Shown here: in pieces, positions 1 to 10,462 of the stretch
Numbering within the stretch: position 1 is the stretch's first letter
Layout: every line of letters starts with the position of its first letter
Assembly: GCA_001599295.1 (NCBI GenBank)
Contig: BCGN01000001.1
Location: forward strand, 372,001-436,000
Source of the DNA: Sporopachydermia quercuum
Taxonomy: Eukaryota
Direction: 5' to 3'
DNA: 64,000 bases
Notes under the pieces: model-generated
What the model was told of the DNA's origin: nothing
The model's input: the letters and a program-made list of their open reading frames with translations, nothing else
The model's database searches: none
Program-made: the position numbers and the translations under genes

Positions 1-416
1 CACCAATTATAACTTGAAGAAGGATCATATCTGTGAATGGATTCATTATCTCCTGGAGCGTTAACGTCTAGGAAAACGTAGATGCCAGCATTATTAAGGA
101 TTGTCATACATGCATCGTGATTCAAATCAGGATTCACAGTATAAACACGGATGGTGTTTACACCAAGCTGCTGGAGAACAAAAACATCTCTCAAACAAAT
201 TTCTTCATCTGATAAAACATCAGATCCCGAATCAGAATCGTAGCCTGAGGATCCACCAGGTTGGTAATCAACTCCAATAATGGAGAATACTTCACCTTGA
301 TCATTAGCATCTAAAGCAGGTCTAATAAATCTATTTCCCTTGATTTCTAAGGGAATCAACGCGTTTGCTAATGAAAGCAAACTGGCGGCGCCAATAAGTA
401 AGCTTTTCTTGAACAT
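1..416 (-). CDS. GAS3: GH72 beta-1,3-glucanosyltransferase, Gas3-like (3' end runs off the window)
   Basis: Not in the ORF track. The minus strand from the ATG at 416 reads MFKKSLLIGAASLLSLANA (signal peptide) then LIPLEIKGNRFI...GVDYQPGGSSGYDSDSGSDVLSDEEICLRDVFVLQQLGVNTIRVYTVNPDLNHDACM. The VDYQPGGSSGYD and NPDLNHD motifs match Gas3. Confidence 0.88.
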   Translation of the reverse strand, partial: MFKKSLLIGAASLLSLANALIPLEIKGNRFIRPALDANDQGEVFSIIGVDYQPGGSSGYDSDSGSDVLSDEEICLRDVFVLQQLGVNTIRVYTVNPDLNHDACMTILNNAGIYVFLDVNAPGDNESIHRYDPSSSYNW

Positions 417-2109
417 CCTTTTGAGCAATCTTGCAGTATTGTTAAATAGCGAATTGCTTTTCCTGGATCCATCAAAAGGTACTAATGCAAAAAACGAACG
501 CGTAACAACTGATGATCAACATAAACTAGCAACACAGGAAAATAATCGAACCTCTAACTTCGGTTGTCTATACTGATTTGAATACAGCTATTTAAGAACC
601 ATACTTTAATCAAAACGTAGAATATAAACAATTATTAACGCACCATTACATAAAGAAGAGAGAAGGTATTTACCATTTGTTGTTGTTGAGAATAGAAAAG
701 AGAAAGTAAAATTGTATTGAGAATTAGGTTGGAATTAAGGTTCTGAGAAGGGAGACTAAACTCGCGTTTTGAAGTAAGTTATGCAGAGGAGTTGCTTTGA
801 ATGTTAAAGTTTATTAAAGAGACGAGAAATGTGACGATTGTTTATTGAAAGAGTTGGGTAAGGAAAGAATATTGACAAGATATTAGTATTGGTACAATAA
901 AGAAATAGAAATTTATTGCTTAGGTTCAACCAATGTCGAGTCTAGAAAAGAAACTAATTTGCTACCACTTTGAAAGAGTAATAATAGTGTATAACAAACG
1001 CACTGAATTATTGGTTAACAATCGCATAAGCGATATAGTGCTCTTTGGAATAAATTGATTTACACAAAAGAAAGCTTTTTGCTTCCAGCATGAGATGAAA
1101 CTACTACTCAATTATTTGCAATCAATGGAAAATCTACTATAAACTACTAGTTGATTGTTTGATTTCAAGTAACGGGTAAGGTAGGTTCATTACGTTCTTA
1201 CGATAGTCATTGATGATTTTAGTTAACCATTGCCCTGCATTTTTTTCTTACCTGCATTAGTTACTCACATATTTTTGTGTGAGGTAGATTTTCTGAGGGT
1301 GTGAGCAGAGACATCATATCACTTAGTCTGAAACTCCTAGAAGAAAATCATATCAGGGACCTATTTTTGGATCTGTTGTCAATCTTAGGAGCATTTTACT
1401 CTCTTGTAACTGAGAACCTATCGAATAACGTTCTCAGATTCGGGATAATGCAGAAATGTAATTTCTTCTATCTCCCAAAATGCGCTACCAAATTCCTTGC
1501 TATCAGATAATCATAAAGAACGTTATGAGATTATTCGAACAAAATGATTCAACTAGTATAAATTTCTTTTTAAATACTAAACCTCCGTTGGTACTCTTAG
1601 AGATGAAATATCAATAACAATGTGAATCCTACCTATCTCACATTGTTCAAAATGATTAAGATTCCAGAAGCACCAAAACGTACCTCAAGTTCAAAACCGT
1701 TAGCTTCTTCAAACTCATGCATACTCAATGCAAGAGAACTTTCTTACTTGCAAAGTTTCTTTAGATGACATAATCACTTTTATTTTTGATCTTCAGACTT
1801 ACTGCCTGTCTCTATATCTTACTTTTATTCCTACCTGCAGTAATTAGGCAGAAAAAAACATATATATATATATATTCTTTATGAATATCCTATCCTTTCT
1901 TTCTTCTTGCGCAGCTAGATAAATGGCAAAACATCCCAATTGTGCAAATATAGTCTACCAATAAGGAGCTAATAGCTCGAATCTTTTTGCATTATAGTAT
2001 TTTTGTTTCATTTTTTTTTTTTATTCTTTCAATCAGAAGAAAACAACTGATCAACTACGTCAAATGCTTCTATCGCAGAAATCTGTCTTTGTATTTAGGG
2101 TTAATCAAA

Positions 2110-3633
2110 ATGGGGTTCATTCAGCCTGGCTCTCCAATGGTGAAAGAACAGTTTTTGAAATACAAAAGGTACACCAGGTTTTCAAAAGCGCCAAGAGCTG
2201 TGGATCAATATTACTGTAGGACTACAAAAGGAGACGCTGCAAAAGTAGATGGATTGCTTGGGATTTCTCAATGTGAGAGATTAGCAATATTGAAGAATAG
2301 GCCTGATCTAGCTGACAAGTCCATGTCTCAGATCCTGAGAACGATTGATGAGCAAAACAAAAGAAAGAAATTATCTCCAAGGAGGCCAAATAAGAGGAAA
2401 AAGCTTGAAAGAAGAGGAAATGAGGCGGCTGTGATATCAGGTCCTGTTGAGCTATCACCTCCTTCATCATCAGAACTATCTCTGTCACCTTTAGCGTCAT
2501 CAGAACCGTTACTGTCACCAGCATCTTCAAAAGTCAGTATAGAAACTATACCACATGAGCTTCTGGAGTCTATATTCTTGTATTCAATGAATCTGAATCT
2601 TGGATATGTTTCTAAAGGGTTCAATCAATTGGTCTTTAGCCCTGACATTCTTCAAAAGTTTACGGAGAGATTGGTTTTTGAGATAGCTATCAACAAGTTT
2701 TTTTGCTATGAATGTAGAAAATTAAAATCATTAATGAAGAAAGGGGCAAATGAATATGTAAGAATACTTCCTTTCAACACTTTGAAGTACCCGTTTGTTC
2801 TAGAAAACATAGTGCCCTTAAAAATACACCGGGTGATCGATTTTTCATTAGATTATCATCCATATTCATTTGAAGAAATTGAATCATNTTTAGGAAGATC
2901 TTTACATAGATACACAAGACAGTCGACAAATTTGGAGATTTCAAAGAGTATATACGACAAGATTGCTATCACTTCAAGGCTTGATCAGTTACGCCATGCA
3001 CGGCAAGTTGGAGTATTTGTCGATCATTTAGATGAATTTATTACTAGTCTTTTACAAGAACTATATACATTTAAGGGCTCTAAAAGATCTGAGAACTACT
3101 TCAAATCAAAAATGAGATCAGCGTTAAAGCTGGGAAGACCAATTGATAGTGATAATTCTATGTTGGCAACTGATGGAAACATCTCTAGTGGCAACGAGAG
3201 CATGAGTGCTGAAACCAGTAGCAGCAATGGTCCTAGAAGATTAAGGGATGGTACACCTGCTGATGATAATATAAGTGATGACCCAGCAGAGGGTGACTCA
3301 GCGAACGAGATCAAAACTCCTTTGAAGATCCTACTCCAACATTTTATCGAGAAACCTACTATCTGCTTAAATGACACTTGTAGTAGAAGAACTCAAGCTC
3401 TCAGAAAAAACAAAAGGAATGCCTTACGAGGAGACAAAATTCATACATCATCAGCAATCATTTTGGCATTGTCTAGACACCATCTAGAGATAGCAGACCT
3501 TCTATTTGACAATGTAGCTGTTGAATCACAACCACATGTATGGAATGAAGTGTGTGAATACATAAAGCAAACAAAAGACACAGAACTATTACATTGGGTA
3601 AAAAATAAAGTTGAAATGCATATATTACTGTAG
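2110..3633 (+). CDS. Uncharacterised 507-aa protein with an F-box-like motif and a basic NLS-like region
   Basis: Long ORF; first ATG at 2110 in an aaaATG context. SIETIPHELLESIFLYSMNLNL resembles fungal F-box-like segments. KRKKLSPRRPNKRKKLERR is NLS-like. Confidence 0.6.
   Translation: MGFIQPGSPMVKEQFLKYKRYTRFSKAPRAVDQYYCRTTKGDAAKVDGLLGISQCERLAILKNRPDLADKSMSQILRTIDEQNKRKKLSPRRPNKRKKLERRGNEAAVISGPVELSPPSSSELSLSPLASSEPLLSPASSKVSIETIPHELLESIFLYSMNLNLGYVSKGFNQLVFSPDILQKFTERLVFEIAINKFFCYECRKLKSLMKKGANEYVRILPFNTLKYPFVLENIVPLKIHRVIDFSLDYHPYSFEEIESXLGRSLHRYTRQSTNLEISKSIYDKIAITSRLDQLRHARQVGVFVDHLDEFITSLLQELYTFKGSKRSENYFKSKMRSALKLGRPIDSDNSMLATDGNISSGNESMSAETSSSNGPRRLRDGTPADDNISDDPAEGDSANEIKTPLKILLQHFIEKPTICLNDTCSRRTQALRKNKRNALRGDKIHTSSAIILALSRHHLEIADLLFDNVAVESQPHVWNEVCEYIKQTKDTELLHWVKNKVEMHILL
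2467..2523 (+). repeat. Degenerate 30-bp tandem duplication in the CDS (SSELSLSPLA / SSEPLLSPA)
   Basis: tcatcagaac...ctgtcacc occurs at 2467 and again at 2497. Confidence 0.7.
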
Positions 3634-3984
3634 TATCTTACACTGTTGTTGCTATTGGTTTCATTCAGACAGTTAAGGATGAACTTTCCCCAATTGAATG
3701 TTTCTATTCTTGCATAGGTCAGCAGTAATTAAATACTTTAGAAAAATGTCAAGAAGATAGTTTCTACAATATTAGCATTAAGAGGGTTAGACAATAAGAA
3801 ATACTAATACATTTTTCTTCAACCTAAAAGTAAAGATATGCTTCGTAGAAATCTAGAGACATCATGTTAGAGGGAAATGAGAGAATATTATATAATAAAC
3901 AAAGTAAAGAAAAGCGGCCTTCAAGAGAAATAAACAAAACAAATGAGTGAGAAGAAAAAAAAATGATTGAAAAATGTTAAATAT

Positions 3985-5293
3985 CTAAAGACCATCGTTT
4001 CTTGTCTCATATTCATTCAATTGCTGTTGAATTTGAGTAGGCTGTTGAGACATTTGAGGTTGATTATGAAGAGGAAGGTTATATTCTGCAAACCATGGAT
4101 GGCTTAGAGCCTGGTGTGCCGATATCCTGACCTCTGGTCTCATTTGTAATAAAGATTGTAACAGATTCAGAGCTAATGAATCTATATTATGAATTATTGA
4201 TCGCAAATCTTGAGGAATGAACACTTGGAAGTTAGGTTTATAGTTAGGCAAGCTACTAACACCAGGCCATGTTCTTTCATTCGGTGTACCCATCAAACGG
4301 AAAATCTTCAGTAGTTGATCATCATTAGAAGAACCTGGGAATAATGGTCTGCCAGTAAACATTTCCGCTAAAATACAACCAGCTGACCAGATGTCAATAG
4401 ATGTTGAGTAGTTCCTAGATCCCATAAGAACATCAGGTGCTCTGTACCATAATGTCACCACTTCGTTTGAGAACGTATTAACAGGAATACCAAATGCCCT
4501 GGCTAAGCCAAAATCTCCTAATTTCAATTGACCTTTACTATTGATAAGTAAATTTTGTGGTTTCAAATCTCTGTGTAGTACTCTATTATCGTGACAGAAA
4601 GCAATACCACGAAGCAATTGAAACATAAAGCTTTTCACTAGCTTTGGGTCTAATGCACCTTGGTTTCCATGTGTATCCATATACTTCTTCAAATCTTTAT
4701 CCATATACTCAAAGACTAGAGTGAGCTTGTTTTCTGTATGAATTACATCATATAAAGTCATGATATTTTCATGCTTAAGCTCTTTCATCAATGATATTTC
4801 ACGAATAGCAGTTGATGGAGTACCTTCTTCTGAATCTAAGGAGATTTCCTTCAGAGCAACTAGTGCTCCTGTGGTTCTATTCCTTCCCTTATATACAGTG
4901 GCATATGTTCCTTCACCAAGCTTTTCCAGCCTAAAATGTGAAAAATAATTGTGTTAATAGCCTATCTATGAGATTCAACATAAATATTTATAATAGCAAG
5001 AAGTCAGAAAGCAGTGCGAATCAAAGTAGTGGTCCATCGGTTGTTGTACCGTCTGGTGCTTTGAATCATACATTGCCAGACATTGTGATAACTCACAACC
5101 ATTAGCTAATCTAAAAATAAAAATAAAAATAAAAAAAAGAATCAATCCTTACTGTTGAAATCTAGAGGAGAAAAAAATCAGTAGTTAGTATTTAAGATGT
5201 ATTTTAATTTTGTAGAACATATACAATTTCGCCGGTAATTAACCGTTGTNTCATTAGTTTTCGCTATACGTACTGTGATACAACTCCACTCAT
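3985..5293 (-). CDS. PHO85: Cyclin-dependent kinase Pho85; exons 5293-5274, 5161-5153, 4930-3985 (324 aa)
   Basis: The spliced N-terminus is [25 protein letters not shown], followed by [40 protein letters not shown]. Donors GTACGT and GTAAGG, branch points TACTAAC and TATTAAC, TAG acceptors; 975 nt in total, in frame. Confidence 0.95.
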
Positions 5294-6253
5294 TGTGATG
5301 GCTGATGAATAGTATTAATCTCTGCTAATCAAGTGTCCTTTCTTAGTAGATCTTTATTCATGAAAGCAGATGACTATACACTTAAATGTCTTTAAATGAA
5401 AGGTTTCTGAGAAGTTTATCAATTTGATTGGTGACTATATAAGATCCAGAGAAGAGATGGACTTCAATGAAGTTGAGTTGAATCTGGGTTAATAGCTGTC
5501 AATCACAATCGCACAATGAGGTGGTTGAGGCGTAATAGAATATTACATAAACATTAAGTTTGAAATGAAGCGAATATAGGCAATAATGATTAGAAGGTCC
5601 TAAGCCAGTACTGAGAATAAGAACATTGAAGATATATTAATTACCATTAGTAGAAAAATTTTTAACTACATTTTTAAAACTCTCTAGCTATTATTCAATA
5701 CCTTATAAAATAGAATAATAGATTTTAGCTTAGTGCAGGTTTTTAGGCTTTTTCCTATTGAATTGCAGATTATCTTTTCATATGATCTCCTACTTTTAAA
5801 TCAAGATTATCACATGACCTTGAATACCAATACCTCAAAAGGGATGATAAGTTCGATCTTATCTGCCAAAAAACTCACCTTCGTTCTCTAACTTATTTGC
5901 TGTACTCTGACATGTATTTCGATGCTATTCATCGCACGCTTATTTCTTATGTTGTAACAATATACCAGAATATTATCTCCAATCCAATCTTGGAATTGGT
6001 ACTTTGTCTTCTACATTATCTACGATGCTGATATATTAATATATCTATTATAAAGGAGCTAATTGTTATTACCAGTACTTACAATGTGATCTACAATGTA
6101 ATAAACTACATACTGTACTGTCAACATCAGNTCAGAAACATATAAACATCCACGACGAAAATTCGAACCTAACCAGAGATGAGAACCAATCAATCGTTCT
6201 CTAGGCTCTGTCTATAGCTGTTTTTTAGCTATGACTGCTCTTGCTCTTAATTA

Positions 6254-6874
6254 TTACAACTTGGGCTCTGACTCAGTCTTTACTTCAATTCTCTTCTTAG
6301 TCTTTGGTTCTGGCTCATTTGTCTTTGGAATTTCCAGTTGCAGAACACCATTGACATATCTAGCAACGATGGAATCTTCGTCGATTTTAACATTTCTTGG
6401 TAACTGGACTCTTCTTTCAAATTTACCTGTTCTTCTCTCAATGAACTTCCTGGAGTCTTTGTTGCTTTCATTAGTTGTCTCAGGAATTTCACCAGAAATT
6501 GTAAGCTCATTCTTGTCAGCGTCAAAATCAACATTAATGTCCTTTGAAAATGCTCCTGGAACTGAAGCATGAAGCTCGTAGTTTTTTTCATTTTCGATTA
6601 TATCGATTGGAGGTGCGAACAAGTCTCCATCGACTGGCCAGTCAAAATTGAAGGGCCTCCATGGTGACAATGTGCTGTTATCTGCTTGAGTTAAAGCCTT
6701 CGACTTTGATCCAGAGTCTTGCTTGGCAGATTCCCCTTCAGTTAATTTCTGTGTTTGCTTAGTTGGCTTGCTCACTCTGAATCCACTGTCATCTAACAGT
6801 TTGTTGAAGCTGTTGACTTCTTCATTGATGGAGTCAAAGAAATCCCAGAATGGTGAATAAGTGTATGTCGACAT
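6254..6874 (-). CDS. Small heat-shock protein (Hsp20/alpha-crystallin family, Hsp26-like)
   Basis: PPIDIIENEKNYELHASVPG...ERRTGKFERRVQLP...ARYVNGVLQLEIPK forms the alpha-crystallin domain. C-terminal IEV motif; N-terminal SPFWDFFD. Confidence 0.92.
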   Translation of the reverse strand: MSTYTYSPFWDFFDSINEEVNSFNKLLDDSGFRVSKPTKQTQKLTEGESAKQDSGSKSKALTQADNSTLSPWRPFNFDWPVDGDLFAPPIDIIENEKNYELHASVPGAFSKDINVDFDADKNELTISGEIPETTNESNKDSRKFIERRTGKFERRVQLPRNVKIDEDSIVARYVNGVLQLEIPKTNEPEPKTKKRIEVKTESEPKL

Positions 6875-7064
6875 GATGGATTTTTTTATTTTATCTCTTG
6901 AATGTAATATTTAAATAGGCGCTTGAAAATCGTTTGTATTGCTTAAGATCACTGTACTGCTCGTTTTTATAACTTGATCAATTGTTTGATTCTTGTTACT
7001 TTTCACTTCTCTAGTTTCTACACATCTAATAAATTTCCAGTTCCTACGAAGAGGATTTTCCTTG

Positions 7065-7072
7065 TTTATATA
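7065..7072 (-). promoter_or_regulatory. TATA box of the small HSP gene
   Basis: TATATAAA on the minus strand, about 190 nt upstream of the ATG. Confidence 0.6.
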
Positions 7073-7230
7073 CTTTTCATATCCTTCAGTCACTGACTAA
7101 TAAATTAAATTGTCTTTGTTACAATTAACGTAAGTTCATTAGCTTCATAATCTTTCCAATTCATTGTTAATCATCCTCCTTTTTTGTTCCTTATCACTTC
7201 ATCAAATGATCTTACCTATTATTTAGACCC

Positions 7231-7253
7231 TTCCTGAAAATTCTAGATCCTTC
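7231..7253. promoter_or_regulatory. Heat-shock element (Hsf1-type site)
   Basis: TTCctGAAaaTTCtaGATccTTC: alternating nTTCn/nGAAn units, three perfect in a row, upstream of the sHSP TATA box. Confidence 0.75.
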
Positions 7254-7854
7254 TTGATTTCATTTGACTTTCAAAAAAGGAGGATCTGGTGACTTCTGTT
7301 TCCAATAAGGCTAAGAAAGTGCTTTCTTATGCATATTTTTTCATACTTAATTATGCATAGTTATGTACTACTACCCAATCTTAACTTAATTTACCAGCTA
7401 TTCTAAAATGATCTTTGCATGTGACTATAGTAATATTTCATAAAAGTCACATTCCCTTCTACTAATTTCATAACACTTCTCTTATACGGCAGAACCCATT
7501 TCATAAATTGATACTAAATATTGGAGAGTTCTATTTCGTTCTATGTTTATTACTTGTCGATAGTCTAGTGAATGAGCACATTGAGTAAAGGGATTACTTG
7601 TATGAAATAGGGGTATCTCGCTAATTTTCTTATTCTATATGCTTCTATGAGTTGAGAGAAGATATTATTGGCACATTTGTCTCTCAGATACCTTAATTTT
7701 CATAGAATTATAGATATTTTGCATTGCGTAGAATTGAATATTATCGCACAATTAACTGCTACCTACCTACCAATGTTATTAGCTCATTAATAAAAGTTGC
7801 CCATAGTTTCAACATAAAGAAAGTTCTAGAGCTATTTCGTTGAGACTTACACTA

Positions 7855-9168
7855 ATGGCACCCTCAATCAAATTATCATATGTTGTTCCAGTAATAGCAA
7901 TTTACATCATTGGTGAGGCGTATCGGTATTATAGAAATAATAAACATAACAAGGATTATTTTGGGAAGAATACTGATGTCGTACCTAGTACTGGCGGTAT
8001 AGTCCTAAAAGATAACACAGCTGATGACAATTGCATCATTCCATTTCATCCTCCTGCTGCCACAGACAATGGAGTGGAATCGCTTATTGGTAATACCCCT
8101 ATGATCACCATTAAGTCNTTGTCAGAATATACTGGTTGTCATGTCTTAGGTAAACTTGAAATGATGAACCCTGGTGGGTCAGCAAAGGACCGCGTAGCAT
8201 ACTCAATTATTGCTACTGCAGAACAGAAAGGTCTTATTTCGCCAAATAGCGGATGTATTATCTTTGAAGGCACATCCGGGTCAACCGGTATTTCTTTTGC
8301 TACTTTAGCACCAGCATTAGGTTACACCGCACATATATGCCTTCCCGATGATACCTCCAAAGAGAAATTGCAACTTTTATATAATTTAGGGGCAGAGGTT
8401 GAACCTGTAAAGCCTGCAAGTATTGTTGATAGGAATCAGTACGTCAATGTTGCTAGAAGAAGAGCTAACGAGCTTTCGGATGACCCTACAACTCCAGCAA
8501 GGGGGTTATTTGCCGATCAGTTCGAGAACTGCGCTAACTGGAAGGTCCATTATCAATCTACTGGGCCAGAGATTTGGAAGCAGACTGAAGGTAAAATAAG
8601 TGCTTTTGTTACTGGTTCTGGTACAGGAGGAACTATTTCCGGTGTATCTAAGTTTCTGAAAGAACAGAATTCAGATATTTCTTGCATTCTAGCTGACCCA
8701 CAAGGATCTGGATTGTATAATAAGATTAAACATGGGGTGATGTATGATACAGTGGAACGAGAAGGAACTAGAAGGAGGCATCAGGTTGATACATTAATTG
8801 AAGGAATTGGATTGAATAGAGTTACCAAGAATTTTTCTGCTGGATTTGAGACTAGTTGTATTGATGATGCAGTCCGTGTAACAGATGCTGAAGCCATAAA
8901 AATGAGTAGATGGCTAGTCAGTAAAGATGGGTTATTTGTGGGTAGTTCATCTGCTATCAATTGTGTTGCTGTTGTAAGAGCAGCTAAAAAGCTCAAGGAA
9001 ATTTATGGCTCGAAGGATTTCAATGGAAACCAATGGACAATTGTTACTGTGATATGCGATTCTGGCGCAAGACATATGAGTAAATTTTGGAATGACGATG
9101 CTTGTATATCTTTTGATTCTGTGGCTAGTAAAGAAGAAATATACATAAAGTCATTGGACGAACTTTGA
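7855..9168 (+). CDS. MCY1: Cysteine synthase-like PLP enzyme with an N-terminal membrane anchor (Mcy1/YGR012W-like)
   Basis: LIGNTP, KLEMMNPGGSAKDR (PLP lysine), EGTSGSTGIS, GSGTGGT, EREGTRRRHQVDTLIEGIG, DSGARHMSKFW. First ATG at 7855. Confidence 0.85.
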   Translation: MAPSIKLSYVVPVIAIYIIGEAYRYYRNNKHNKDYFGKNTDVVPSTGGIVLKDNTADDNCIIPFHPPAATDNGVESLIGNTPMITIKXLSEYTGCHVLGKLEMMNPGGSAKDRVAYSIIATAEQKGLISPNSGCIIFEGTSGSTGISFATLAPALGYTAHICLPDDTSKEKLQLLYNLGAEVEPVKPASIVDRNQYVNVARRRANELSDDPTTPARGLFADQFENCANWKVHYQSTGPEIWKQTEGKISAFVTGSGTGGTISGVSKFLKEQNSDISCILADPQGSGLYNKIKHGVMYDTVEREGTRRRHQVDTLIEGIGLNRVTKNFSAGFETSCIDDAVRVTDAEAIKMSRWLVSKDGLFVGSSSAINCVAVVRAAKKLKEIYGSKDFNGNQWTIVTVICDSGARHMSKFWNDDACISFDSVASKEEIYIKSLDEL

Positions 9169-10462
9169 TGGTTTGACCCGGTTGTGGAAAGTGATTGGAG
9201 TTTTGTATGTATATTTTAGATATATTATTATTCTTTGAAGAAGTGCATACTGATGAGTAATAGAATAGTCTTACAGAGACACTTATGTGAGCATTCGATA
9301 GTAAATGTAATGTATAAGGCCCGTATTTGTACTGCAATTAAGCCAATCTATGTACACCTTTGATGTTTTGATTATCTTGAGATATAGCATCTAAAATAAA
9401 GAGGTAATAATACTAGATTTTATAATTAATTGATCACAATCGAATAGGATATACCATTGTTTTTCAAAGAGTCCAATTAATGGGAATCCTAAACGTTTCG
9501 CGAGAAGCAAGAAGAAATTAACGTTTAGGAAAACTGGACTTATTCCCAAAATTGGAAGGTGAAATATTTTCGGGCCTGAAACTATAAAGGAGTGATGATT
9601 TTATTTTGATTTAGTAAAGCAATATTTTGTCAAGAACTATTTACTANTACTAATAACGGTTGTATCTGTTAATAATANGTTTGAATCTTATCTATACTAG
9701 ATGGAAATAGAAAGTAACATACGACTTTCCCTTGCTAGTACAATGAATACAATATGCGTATATAGTATTTCTTTTTTTTACTTCTGCAAATAAACTTAAT
9801 TGATGTTTTGCGTTCCTCTCAAACAGATCATTAACATAAAGATAGAGATCAATACAGGATTGAATTTGAATATCCACTCTTTGAAAGTTTCCAATCAACA
9901 TAAAAAAGGATAAAATATAAAATAAAACTAAAATCTTTCTTTTATTTATCGATTTACTTCATATGGTTCGAACATTGATTTTAACACAGTGATTCAAATC
10001 TTTCCTACTCAAACGCACTCCAAGGGTTTATGCATGCAAGTACACATTGTTTTGCATAAACCTTAAGTACTCTAATTATTTTTCTTTTGATCTTTTTCAG
10101 ATTTCATTCCCTTTCACTAAAATTTTCTTAATCATTTGATATGTTTCATTTTCAAAAAAGATTTGATTTCAGTTTCAATAACTAGTATGTTGATTTCAGA
10201 AATCCAACTTAACAAACCATTTGATAGTGGATTTTTGTTTTGTGTTTATTTGTTACAATAGCGAATGGTTTTGATTGTGAAACTGTGTACCAGAAGTTAC
10301 GGCAATAAATGGCACCATAATATCACGCATCATCTACTATCGTCTATTATTCGTTATTTTGGAAAAGAATAGGTACTTTTCAGTTTCTTGGTTAGGTTTA
10401 GCAAGACTATATCAGTTTACAGCTGCTGCTGCTATTTTATTTGATTCCTGGACTCCAGCAGA

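Noticed and set aside
1409..1437. 8-bp inverted repeat ctgagaac/gttctcag and nearby short hairpins
   Set aside because: Short and isolated; expected by chance in AT-rich intergenic DNA.
4840..4930. Alternative CUG decoding (Ser or Ala clade)
   Set aside because: CTG occupies conserved Leu positions in Pho85 (QLEK, VALKE) and Elc1 (VTLVS, ALELL), consistent with the standard code.
9960..9980. GGTTCGA T-loop/B-box-like words (also near 6165 and 63440)
   Set aside because: No cloverleaf or A-box surrounds them, so no tRNA is called.
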